From Azolla caroliniana (lineage: Eukaryota > Plantae > Polypodiophyta), in NCBI GenBank assembly GCA_043228905.1, contig JBHGNT010000007.1:21142001-21206000 (forward strand): 64,000 nucleotides of DNA, read 5' to 3'. Shown in pieces: positions 35,525-44,910 of the stretch (position 1 is the stretch's first letter; each line of letters opens with the position of its first letter). A model generated the notes under the pieces. That model worked only from the letters and a program-made list of their open reading frames with translations. It was not told the origin of the DNA and did no database searches. The translations under genes were made by a program, and so were the position numbers.

Positions 35525-38500
35525 TCATTCCCCGCCCGTTGGTTCTTCCTCGGTTTCGGATCGTTCTTCGTCGCGGTCCAGGTTAACCGGATCCGGTTCG
35601 TCATCATGACGCTTCTTGAACGCTTTGATCCGCTTCCTAGCTACCGGTATCGCCATTCTCGTGCCGTCGAGTTCCGCCAGATGGTACGTCTCGTTGTCGT
35701 TGGCGCTTTGGACCACGTAAGGCCCGAACCACCTTCTTGCGAACTTCCGTGTCGCTCGGTGCTGGTTGTCGAGGCTGTTGTCGTAGACTAGCACCCAGTC
35801 GCCTTCCTCGATCTTCTTTGGTCGGAGCCAGTGCGTCCGGTCGAACCGGGCTTTGTTCCTCGTCCTTGCCACCCGAAGCTTTCCCGCAGCCTGCTCCACG
35901 TCCTCCGGTCTTCGCTCGAGCTATCGTATGCGCGCCGCCAACAGTTCCTCCCGGCTCATCTCGTCTTTCCAGTCCACGGTTGCCCATGAGGAGATCGTAC
36001 GTTCCATTGGCATGATCAGCTTCTGCCCAAACACGAGCTCTGCCGGCATGAATCCGGTTACCGAACTGTGCGTAGTTCGGTCCGCCCACAACGCATAAGG
36101 CAGCAGCCGCGGCCAGTTCCCGACTTGACCTCCGCATGCCCTAACTAACGCCTTGACGATCGGTCCGTGTCTGCGCTCCACCTTCCCATTCGCCTCCGGA
36201 TTGTACGCAGTGGTAAGCGAGAGCTTGACTCCTAGCCGGTCGAACAGCTCCTCGGCCTCTTCGGCGTCCAACTCCCCGCGATCAGCCACGATCTTCCCGA
36301 CGCACCTGTACCGGCATATCACGTCCTCAATCAGGAACCGACATACGGCCGCGGTCGTTTTGTTCTGAAGGGCTCGGCCTTCGAGCTGGTTCGTCAAATC
36401 TTCCCGAGCCAGGACTAGATACTGCATCTGTCCTACTCCCATCGGCATCGTCACCAGGTCTACCATCCATTTGAAGTGGATGGTCGGAGGGTACGTAGGG
36501 TGAAGCTCGTCCCGACGTCGGACTACGGAGTGCATCTGACAGCTCTCGCAAGTTGTCACGAACCGATGCACGTCCCGGTACAGTCCCGACCACCAGTACT
36601 TCCCCTTTATCTTCTCGAACGTGGCCCACGTTCCACGGTGTCCAGCCCAAGGGCTGTCGTGGTAGGCCGTCAGCAGCTCCTCCTGTTCTTCCTTCATCGC
36701 CACCACCCGAAGCGGGACGCCGTTCCTCTTCTTCGGGTGCTTCCATAAGTATCCATCCCGGAGAAAGAATCGGTATGCTTTCTTTCGGATCCGGTTGGCC
36801 TCGTCTCTCGTCCATGATGCATCCGGCGTCATTGTCCTCAAGAAACCACCGATCTGCAGCCACTCGCCGTCGTACTTGCTCTCGTCAAAGCCGTTAAGTG
36901 CCGGAGTGCTCGTCCCATCGGTCGTCACGTATGCGGCCTCGAAGAATTCCACGCCGACTTCTTCGTCCTCTGAAACCATGCCGCCCTCATCATCAAACCT
37001 CGCCCTCGAAAGCATGTCGGCCATGGCGTTGTCCTTTCCGGAAATGTGTCGTATTTCCGGGTCCAGGGACTTGATGTACGCTATCCACCTGAGCATCGCC
37101 AGGTCCGGTGTCGCGCATCCGGAAACCATGCCGAGAATTGGCAGGCAATCCGTCTCGATAATCACTTCTGTCCCGATCAGGTACTCTTTGTCGGCCTTTA
37201 CTGCCGAAACGATACCCCAGAGTTCGCGTTTAACTTGGGCGTACCCTCGCTGTCGCTCACTGAGGACCTTCGCGCCGAATCGGATCAGGAACCGAATGTC
37301 GTCCTCGTCTTCTTGGTTGATGACCCATCCGATCCTGGTCGGACTCGTATCCACCGTTATGTATACCGGGGTACCCTTCCCGTAGACAGCCTTCCGGAGC
37401 GCCGGTGCTGCCGCAAGAGCTTCCTTCAGCTTCCGGACCGACTCCGTGTGCTCGTCTCGCCACTCGAATTTTCGCCCTTTCTTCAGCAACCCGTATAGCG
37501 GCTCCGCAACGTGGGCGTAATGCGGGATCCATATGTGGTAGAATGCGCACGCCCCCAGGAACCTCCGAACTTCCGTAACCGAGCTACAGTCGGTTTTCAT
37601 CGCGGAGATGGCTTCTACCTTTGCCGGAGACGGCTTCCGGCCATATGGTCCACATAGGTGTCCGACCACCAGGATTTCTGATTGCCCGAAGGCCGATTTC
37701 TCCCCGGAGAAGGTGAGCCTCGCATCCTCTAGCCTTTGTAGCACCTTCTCGCAGTCGTCGATGTGTGTTGCCACGAATCGCCGGCACCCGTCCGGCCCGA
37801 ATGTCGCATCCTTCTCTTCCACCGGGCACCCCTTGATCGGAATGTCGTCTAGAAATGGCATGGTGATGTCCGGGATGCAATCCCTCAGTACCTTGTTCAT
37901 TGCATTCACCATGTGGGCCACCGAGTTGGTCCCTCCTTGTGGCAGGGTACACATTCGCACTAGGCCGAGGGGAGTTCGCATCGTCGTAATGTCTCTACTC
38001 TCCATGGCTAGCTGGAACTGGTCGTAACCCGAGTACAGATCACTAACCGAGTAAATCGACCTTCCGGCGAAGGCCTCCACGAACTCGTCTATGGTCGGTC
38101 CGATTCCTGCGTTCCGAATGGTCACTCTGTTGACCGGCTGCAGGTCTTGAATGAAGCGCAATGTTCTGTTTTTCTTTGGTACGGTAAACCATCGGTTCGA
38201 GTATGGAGCACTCGACGGTTCGAGAATGCCCATATCGACTTTCTGCCTCAATAGCTCCATCAACTTCAGGATGTGAGCTCTCGGTACTGGAATCGGCTTG
38301 AGATTCCACGGTACATGCGGTACCGTGAATATCACCATCGGCTCCACGATTGTCGGGTCTACGCACCCGATCTCTTCCGGTGAGAATGCGAAGGCTTTCC
38401 CGTGCCTTCCGAGCATTCTCTGAAACCGGTCCTCCTCCGCCGGCAGTAGGAACCCGCCCCCACCGATTTTGAACTCCCTGAGCGTCCCATTGGTGAAGGT

Positions 38501-39022
38501 GTGTCCTATGCAGACCGGATCTCGTAAACTGGGGTCCGACGCAACCCCTCTGATTCGGGACTCGCTGCCCTCCGGTAAGGGTGCCGCGACTGGCCTTACC
38601 TTCCGGTCCACTGTCTTGTACTTCGTGCTAACCCGGGCCGTCCAATCCGACCCAAGCCTCTGACTGAAGTCCGCGATGACTTCGTACATCTCTTCGGAAC
38701 ATACCAGTATCGTCCGGTCTTCGTTAAGGTCTTCTCCAGCTACCTCCCTCAGCATTCCCAAGGTGTCGTCGAAGGAGACCGCCTCCACGGCTCCACTGAT
38801 TTCCTCGTCCAGGCCGAGAACTCCGCATGCTCGAAGTCGCTCCTCCGCCCTTGCCTTTTCTCGGCCAACGATGCCGACTATCATACACCCTCCGTCGTTG
38901 GAGAAGAAAATTTTTCTACCTATCGTACAAGGTTTCTTCGGTTTCGGTTCTATTGTACAGCTGTGGGGTCTTTCCCGAGTGTCCGGACTGTCTCGGCCCC
39001 ACGCCTTGGCAGCCCTCTCTAA
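35525..39022 (-). pseudogene. Element B pol (RT-RNase H-integrase); one premature TAG at 35923-35921 in the integrase C-terminal region
   Basis: RT (RFIQDLQPVN, DLYSGYDQ, LPQGGTNS, FLDDIPIKG), RNase H (VDTSP, ETDCLP, NAMADMLSR) and integrase (H..H/CESC zinc motif, WMVDLV, ADRGE, NGKVE, RWFGPY). ORF 35899-35525 continues in the same frame past the stop. Confidence 0.93.
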
Positions 39023-41145
39023 AAATCCTCCCGGTTCTCGCCACCGAGGGATTCGCGGTTTCGCTCGTGGTTCAGCCGCACCGTCAGAAATTGGACCGAA
39101 TGGCGCCCGTCCTGGCTTTTGACCCTCGCGTAGGCCGAACCGTTGTCCAGCACCTTGGTCTCCATTCGCGCCGCCGTGATGTATGGTTCCCCTAATATGA
39201 CCGGGTGCGAGGACGTCTCCTGAACGAAGAAGTGCTGGTCAATCTCGACGTCGCCGATCTTGACTCGCACGTTCGGGTAGGCCCCGTGCAGTTCCTCGGT
39301 GGCGCGCGTCGCCGCCCGTATCTTCCACCCGTGCTTGGTGTTGATCGGCCACTTTCCCTTCTTATAGAAGTCCATGGACATCAGGTTTATTTCCGAACCG
39401 TGGTCCACCAGTGCCACCACCAGTTCCTGAACATCTCCGATCTTTACCGGGGTCTCCGTGGTCGCTCGGGCCCAGTGTGGCCTCGAATAGTGGCTCTCCG
39501 CCCACTCATCTTCCAGCGCCAAGTCGTCGATGTGCGTCGTCCGCACCTCCACCGGTCTTTCCGGTTCCGTCTCCGTCGACAGCCTCTTCCGCTTCACCAA
39601 GTCCACAATGGAGTCGTGGAACTCCTTCTTAGCGATCCCCAACACCTCCCGCAATGACACCTCCACTTTGCTGTCGAGGATCCATTCTTCTAGGACCTTT
39701 CGTAGGTCCGTGGTCCTTTCTATTTCCATCCCCAGTCGGTATCCGCCCTTCCTGGGGTTATCTTGCGCGCTGGACCCACCGGCATCGTTCCGTCGTTGCC
39801 CGAATCGGGTCTCGTATCGTTGTGAGGGCTTGGCCGCTCCGGCTTTCCCTACTCGTTTGTCTTCTACCAGAGCCTCGTAGTTTCGGCAGGCGGCTTCTAC
39901 GAAGCCCGTCTTCTCCTCGACCGGGTCGCTCCACCCAGTTATTTCTCGGACCTGTCTCTCAGCACGGTCCGCTTCATCTTTCCTCAGTCGTGCACCAGCG
40001 AGGCCTTCCAGCATTGCCGACCAGAATCCGTCTTTGCTCTCCTTTTGGGCCTCGCTGCCCCCGACCTGAATACCGGCCGACGCCGAGTAGTGGATGGCCT
40101 CCACGTGTCGGGCCGCTGCCTCTTCCATCAGTCTCTTCATACCTCCTCGCTCGTCGTTCCGGTTTAGGGCCCTTCTGGTATCGCCGGCGTGCACCCGGCC
40201 TTCCCATAGGTACACCACCCGGTTCCTCAACGCCTCTACGAAATCGCCGCAGTCCTTCCGAATGTGGCCGACCTCGTCGCACCACATGCACCTGTTCCCT
40301 GCTACCGGCCGTTGGTCACGAGCCGGTTCGCCACCTTCCCTTCGAGTCTGGGCGATCTGGAGATCCTTTATCGCCCGCGTCAACTCCTCCAGCGCTGCTC
40401 CTCCGGAGGAGTCATTGACCATGCCGGTCGGAGCCGACCCGGTTTCGAGCCACTCCCGGGCTTCTGCCCTTCGCCCTTGCAGTGCCGGTTCAAGCCTCCT
40501 TGCTGTGACAGAGCCCGCACCGCCCACCCCGTTATCAGCTCATTCTCGCCGTTTGTCGAAACGGCCACAGACTCTCTTAACCGCAGCCCAGTCGGTCGTC
40601 AGCCCGTCTTCGGTTTCCAGCAAGGAGCCGACTTGATCCCGGTCCCGCTCGTCCACCGACTTGACGAACAGTAGGACCCGGCTCGTATCCAGAATGGTTC
40701 GGTCAAGCGCCGAAAGGCGCGCAAAGCGTTCTTCAAACTCCCGGAGGAGTGCCGATGCGTTTCTTCCCTTGCCGGGGGACTCCACCCATTCCATGAAGTC
40801 CCGTTTCGAAAGTCGGAGCGCGTCGTCCAGCCCGTATTTTTCTAGGAGTCGGCCTTCGAACTCCTCCCAGGTACGGCTCTCCACTCGTACCTCGAGCTCC
40901 TCCGCATGGATGCTCGGCATCGCCACTCGAGGGAACCCGGCAAGACGCCTCTCTTCCGGAATGTCCCGCATCAGCATTTCTGCCCCGTAGGACGCCAAAT
41001 ACTTCGTGGCATCCTTTCCGCTGAACCGGCCGATCGTACCGACGACCGCCTCAATGGCTCTGTCGAGGGCGCCGGTGCCCTCGCGTGCGCTCAATATCCG
41101 ATCCACGGCCGAAGCCATGGCCTCCGCAAGATCCGACCCCCTCAT
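39019..41145 (-). pseudogene. Element B gag-protease ORF; one in-frame TGA at 40542-40540
   Basis: ORFs 41400-40540 and 40527-39019 share a frame. Knuckle CMWCDEVGHIRKDC; protease ALVDHGSEINLM...VILGEPY. Confidence 0.88.
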
Positions 41146-41169
41146 CTTCTGCTCTTCTGCCGCCTCTTT

Positions 41170-41185
41170 CACGTCAGGTTCACCA
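41170..41185 (-). promoter_or_regulatory. Primer-binding site of element B, tRNA-Trp-like
   Basis: The + strand reads CACGTCAGGTTCACCA just inside the 5' LTR. This matches the 3' end of plant cytosolic tRNA-Trp as I recall it (CACGTCGGGTTCACCA) with one difference. Confidence 0.75.
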
Positions 41186-41188
41186 AGA

Positions 41189-41816
41189 TGTGGAGGTATT
41201 CCTCGCGGATGCGTGGAATGAGGCGGGACCTCGGGGGTCTTGTACCGAAGAGCAAGAGAGAAATGAGAAGGGAAGGGACCCACTACGTGCGAGCGTAGAT
41301 CCACAGGGACACGACCCTTTGACACGAAGACGCGAGCGGGGAGACCAACACAGAGAGGCATGAAGGTATGTATGTATATATTAACAGAGACAAACAACAA
41401 GAAGCACGAAGTCGGTTACAACCGAACATGCCGGCGAACAGATGCCGATGCCTGTTCACAAACGCTAAGAAAGAAAAGGGGTAGGTTGGAGGTGCTGCCG
41501 GAAGCACTCGGGCATTCCTCAGAGCAGCGCGAGCCTCCCGAAAACCTGCACAGAAAGAAGCTACGGAGTATGGAAGAGAGAGAAGCCTTCGACCGACAAC
41601 CCGACATCACTTCGTCCTCTCTAACCGCGATCCGTTCCCCCCTCCTCGTCTCCCTCCTTTTATAGGCAAGGAAGGAGCCGTTTCCCATTAACTTCCTACC
41701 TACCGAATCTACCTACGTAGGATCTTCTATGTACAACATAAGGCGTACGTGCAAGAAGAGCCGGTTCCTACGCTCCGGCGCACCGATTCCGCTTGTGGAC
41801 GGTTTTCTTCACGACA
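41189..41816 (-). repeat. 5' LTR of element B
   Basis: Direct-repeat partner of 34832-35451; adjacent to the PBS. Confidence 0.95.
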
Positions 41817-41878
41817 ACGTGTATAGAATACTACGATAAATTCTCACCACGGGATATTATATGGTCATGCCCGTAACA

Positions 41879-43146
41879 GGTTAGGTGGTGCAACAATATT
41901 GGATTTGGAAATGCACTTAATGGCTCATAGATTTGTTACATTATTACGAGATATGCATCACCAAGATCAACCATGGATATCTATGATGTAATATTTTTAT
42001 CGAGCATGATGGATTGGCGTATGGGAAAACAATCCATCATGCTCAATAAAAATATTGCATCATAGATATCCATTCGACATTCTGTATGCAGACAACAGTT
42101 GGTAAGATCATGGCAAGATGCATTCATGTTTTTTGAGAGGGCACCATCAAGTTATTGAGAATTTTGTAATTCGTTACAAAATGAATTGCTCATTTCTTCT
42201 CGAGTGTTGTATTGGCATTAAAAAGAGAAGCCGAGTTCTCAATTCAATCGTTTATTTTGAGTGGGGGTTATACATTTGGGAGATGTGGTTGATAATGAAT
42301 CTCAAAGGTTGTCTAAATTTGTTAGAATTTGAAGTTGTCAAACGATGGTTATGTATTCCCCCAAATTATAGATTCATTTGGGAGACATTACAAGCTATAC
42401 CATTGTTACATGGATATTTGCCATTTAAAATAAGTTTTGCACCTTGGTTGGATTGACAGTTACAAGATGGTACACGCTTGTTACAGGTCACTACAAAAAT
42501 ATTGTATCATCATGCAATGAACTCATTATCTTAACTATCTCCTAAAGTAGAAAAGGTGTGGAATGTATGTAAGTCGAATACAAGGTGGTGGCAAATATTA
42601 CAACGTGGTTGGCATTCCCATTTGTCGGTTCGTGCAAAGGTATTTATATGGAGATTCATGATTTGTGGGCTCCCATTAGGTTCAACCTTAAAGAGACAAG
42701 GATTAGGGCTAGTCACTCGTTTCTTTTGCACCATTCCGTTGGAGGACAGTACACATAGGTTCATTAAATGTCCTATAGCGTGTATAATTTGGAAGCACTT
42801 ATCGGACATATGGCAAGTTTTAACCCGTTGTTATTTGAGATGGAGATATTGTTCCAATTTTTACAATATCAGTGACTACTACACAATTGAAAGATGCGTA
42901 ATGCTTTCATGTCTAATTGTAGACATATGGTGAAAGCCTATACGAAGAAATTGACAGGCATTCTTAGGTGGGATTTCTTGATGTCACAACATGCGGGGAT
43001 CAATTCCTTAAATGCAGATTCTGATTTTCTAGTGGCATTACAAGACGTCCCTCTCCCTACATATATAGGCATAGGCATAGAACAAATAGCAGATAGGTCG
43101 AGGAGACTAAGAAGTGTTGTAACAAGCAGATTTTACATACAATGAA
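41879..43146 (+). mobile_element. L1-type LINE ORF2 remnant, right part, including the zf-RVT zinc-finger region
   Basis: LGGATILDLEMHL follows the TSD. WHSHLSVRAKVFIWRFMICGLP...FCTIPLEDSTHRFIKCPIACIIW is zf-RVT-like. Many stops; the right boundary is approximate. Confidence 0.8.
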
Positions 43147-43443
43147 TAGAATTTGTGTGCTTTTACCAAAAGACACAGAGTTAGAGAGAATAGAATATAG
43201 AATAGAAGAGGATATTTTTTTAAGAAGAGAAGAGAAGAGGATATTTTATTTTGAGAAGGGGCCATTTTTGTAAATTCTTAAGAAAACAGTTCAAGAAACA
43301 CAAATATATACATATATATACATACATATGTATGGATTTACTAAGACTATATAGAAGATTTGTGTGGAGCAGAACAGCACACTCTCCTCCCACACACATA
43401 CACAGAGAAACAGAAACAGAGAAGAGAAGAAACAGAGGAAGCT

Positions 43444-44910
43444 ATGGTGTCTCTTTCTGTCTCAGCCTCTCATTTCAACTGCGTTGTAGTCAGAGGCAAT
43501 CCATCTGAAGAGCTCCATAGCCATGTGCCCCATGGAGCTTTCTGTAGGAAAAGCATGGGTTCAAGAAGATTAAACAAGCTATTCATGACCAAAAGATCAA
43601 ATTCATCCTCATCCTCATCCTCGTCGTCGTCTTCTTCTTCTTCAACAGTAATCTCTGCAACGTTTTCTTCTTCATATTCATCATATACTTCACAATCATC
43701 GTCTTCGTCTTCATCTTCATCTTCCTCGCCATCTCCCAATCTGCGAAGGTCCTCTCCATCATCGGCATCATCTTCGCCACCGGTGGCACGCGAATTGTAT
43801 CAGCCATTCAGGCCACCGCCTGTCTCGAACTCACCCGAGAATCTCTCGATCGAGGAGCAACTCCAGATACTCCGAGATCGAAGGGGCCTATGGTTTGATT
43901 ATGCCATCCACATCCCTTCTCTCATAAGGGCCGGATTCACACCTTCGATGATCGATGAGGCGACCGGAATGAATGGTGTTGAGCAGAACAAAATCGTGGT
44001 TGCATCGCAAGTTCGTTCATCGCTTCAATCCGCAGGTATGGACCAAGGCTTGTTAGCTTCCTATGATGTTGTCGGTGCAGATGAATTGTATGAGCTTAGG
44101 ATACTTTCTGCCCAAGAGAGGCGAGCTGCGGCCGAATTCGCATTACAGAGGAAGATGGATGGGAAAGAGTACCGAGAACTCGCTCGATCCATGAAAGATT
44201 ATGTCAGGAGACAAAAAGAAGAAGGTTGGGCATCATTCACACCCAGCCCTGGTGATTGTTTAGCATTTTCTTGCTATCGATTGAGCAAAGAACTGAAGAG
44301 TGACGAAGAACGGACGGCTATCCTGAAGAAAGGGCTCCAGTTTGCTGAATCCGAAAAAGCCATACAAAAAATCAATGCTTTCATTCTTAAAGAAGAAGAT
44401 GAAGACGATGATGCGAAGAAGGCCGAATCGAGACTTGAAGTCATCAGGCTAGAGATGCATGAATCGGGGTCTTCATTAAAATCCCATGTGTTGCCAGTTG
44501 TTGAAGCTACAGTCGAGGAGCTAGAGGCAGCCCCCGCGACGAGATCGTTGGGCCCCTTCTTGATCCAACAGTCCCAATCGGCTTGGAAATCGTGGTTCGC
44601 GTTACCATCATGGGATCCTATCAAAGCATCTGTCCACCCTGTGGCCATTGCATATCCGAATGCAAATTTCTTACCTTGGAAACCAAAGAGTCAGAGAGAG
44701 CAAGAAGAACCATTGATTCTTGTAGTAGATAAGCATGTGGAGGGTATCCTTAATGAAACTTACTATGTTGTCGGGGGTGAAGGCGGTAAGCTTAGCTTAA
44801 TGCTTGGAACTGTGGTGGCTGAGACGGAGAACAAGGTTCTCGGAAAGGTTATTCTTGCATTGAGACCACCGGCTCAAGAAGATGGTCTCGATGATATCGA
44901 ATGGGATTGA
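43444..44910 (+). CDS. RAF1: Rubisco accumulation factor 1, chloroplastic (intronless)
   Basis: Ser-rich transit peptide, then ELYQPFRPPP, RRGLWFDYA..IPSLIRAGFTPSMIDEATG..GVEQN.IVVASQVRSSL, LYELRILS, PGDCLAF, ALPSWDP, LGKVILALRPP and an acidic tail ending WD. The first ATG is at 43444. Confidence 0.93.
   Translation: MVSLSVSASHFNCVVVRGNPSEELHSHVPHGAFCRKSMGSRRLNKLFMTKRSNSSSSSSSSSSSSSSTVISATFSSSYSSYTSQSSSSSSSSSSSPSPNLRRSSPSSASSSPPVARELYQPFRPPPVSNSPENLSIEEQLQILRDRRGLWFDYAIHIPSLIRAGFTPSMIDEATGMNGVEQNKIVVASQVRSSLQSAGMDQGLLASYDVVGADELYELRILSAQERRAAAEFALQRKMDGKEYRELARSMKDYVRRQKEEGWASFTPSPGDCLAFSCYRLSKELKSDEERTAILKKGLQFAESEKAIQKINAFILKEEDEDDDAKKAESRLEVIRLEMHESGSSLKSHVLPVVEATVEELEAAPATRSLGPFLIQQSQSAWKSWFALPSWDPIKASVHPVAIAYPNANFLPWKPKSQREQEEPLILVVDKHVEGILNETYYVVGGEGGKLSLMLGTVVAETENKVLGKVILALRPPAQEDGLDDIEWD

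Larger units (their letters stand above)
34832..41816 (-). mobile_element. GC-rich non-chromovirus Ty3/gypsy (element B), near intact, nested in the 5' LTR of element A
   Basis: TG...CA LTRs at 34832-35451 and 41189-41816. 4-bp TSD ACGT at 34828-34831 and 41817-41820 (a single ACGT in the uninterrupted sister LTR). PPT AGGTGGGGGCGGA at ~35464-35452. PBS TGGTGAACCTGACGTG. Confidence 0.96.
27861..41878 (-). mobile_element. Ty3/gypsy chromovirus (element A), full length but decayed, with element B nested in its 5' LTR
   Basis: LTRs at 27861-28317 and 34434-34831 + 41821-41878. TSD GGTTA at 27856-27860 and 41879-41883. Met-type PBS TGGTATCCGAGCC (34431-34419). PPT AAGAGGGGGAG beside the 3' LTR. 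Domain order gag-CCHC-PR-RT-RH-IN-chromodomain. Confidence 0.95.

Noticed and set aside
34822-41688. Many overlapping 60-250 aa ORFs on both strands
   Set aside because: These are expected shadow ORFs of GC-rich gag/pol and LTR sequence, with no independent protein motifs.
34832-41816. GC-rich island as bacterial contamination or a prophage
   Set aside because: It has LTRs, PBS, PPT and an exact TSD within a host LTR, so it is an integrated retrotransposon.
43360-43443. N-terminal extension of RAF1 from the ORF track
   Set aside because: It starts at a non-ATG codon in AG-rich leader-like sequence. The ATG at 43444 begins a plausible transit peptide.
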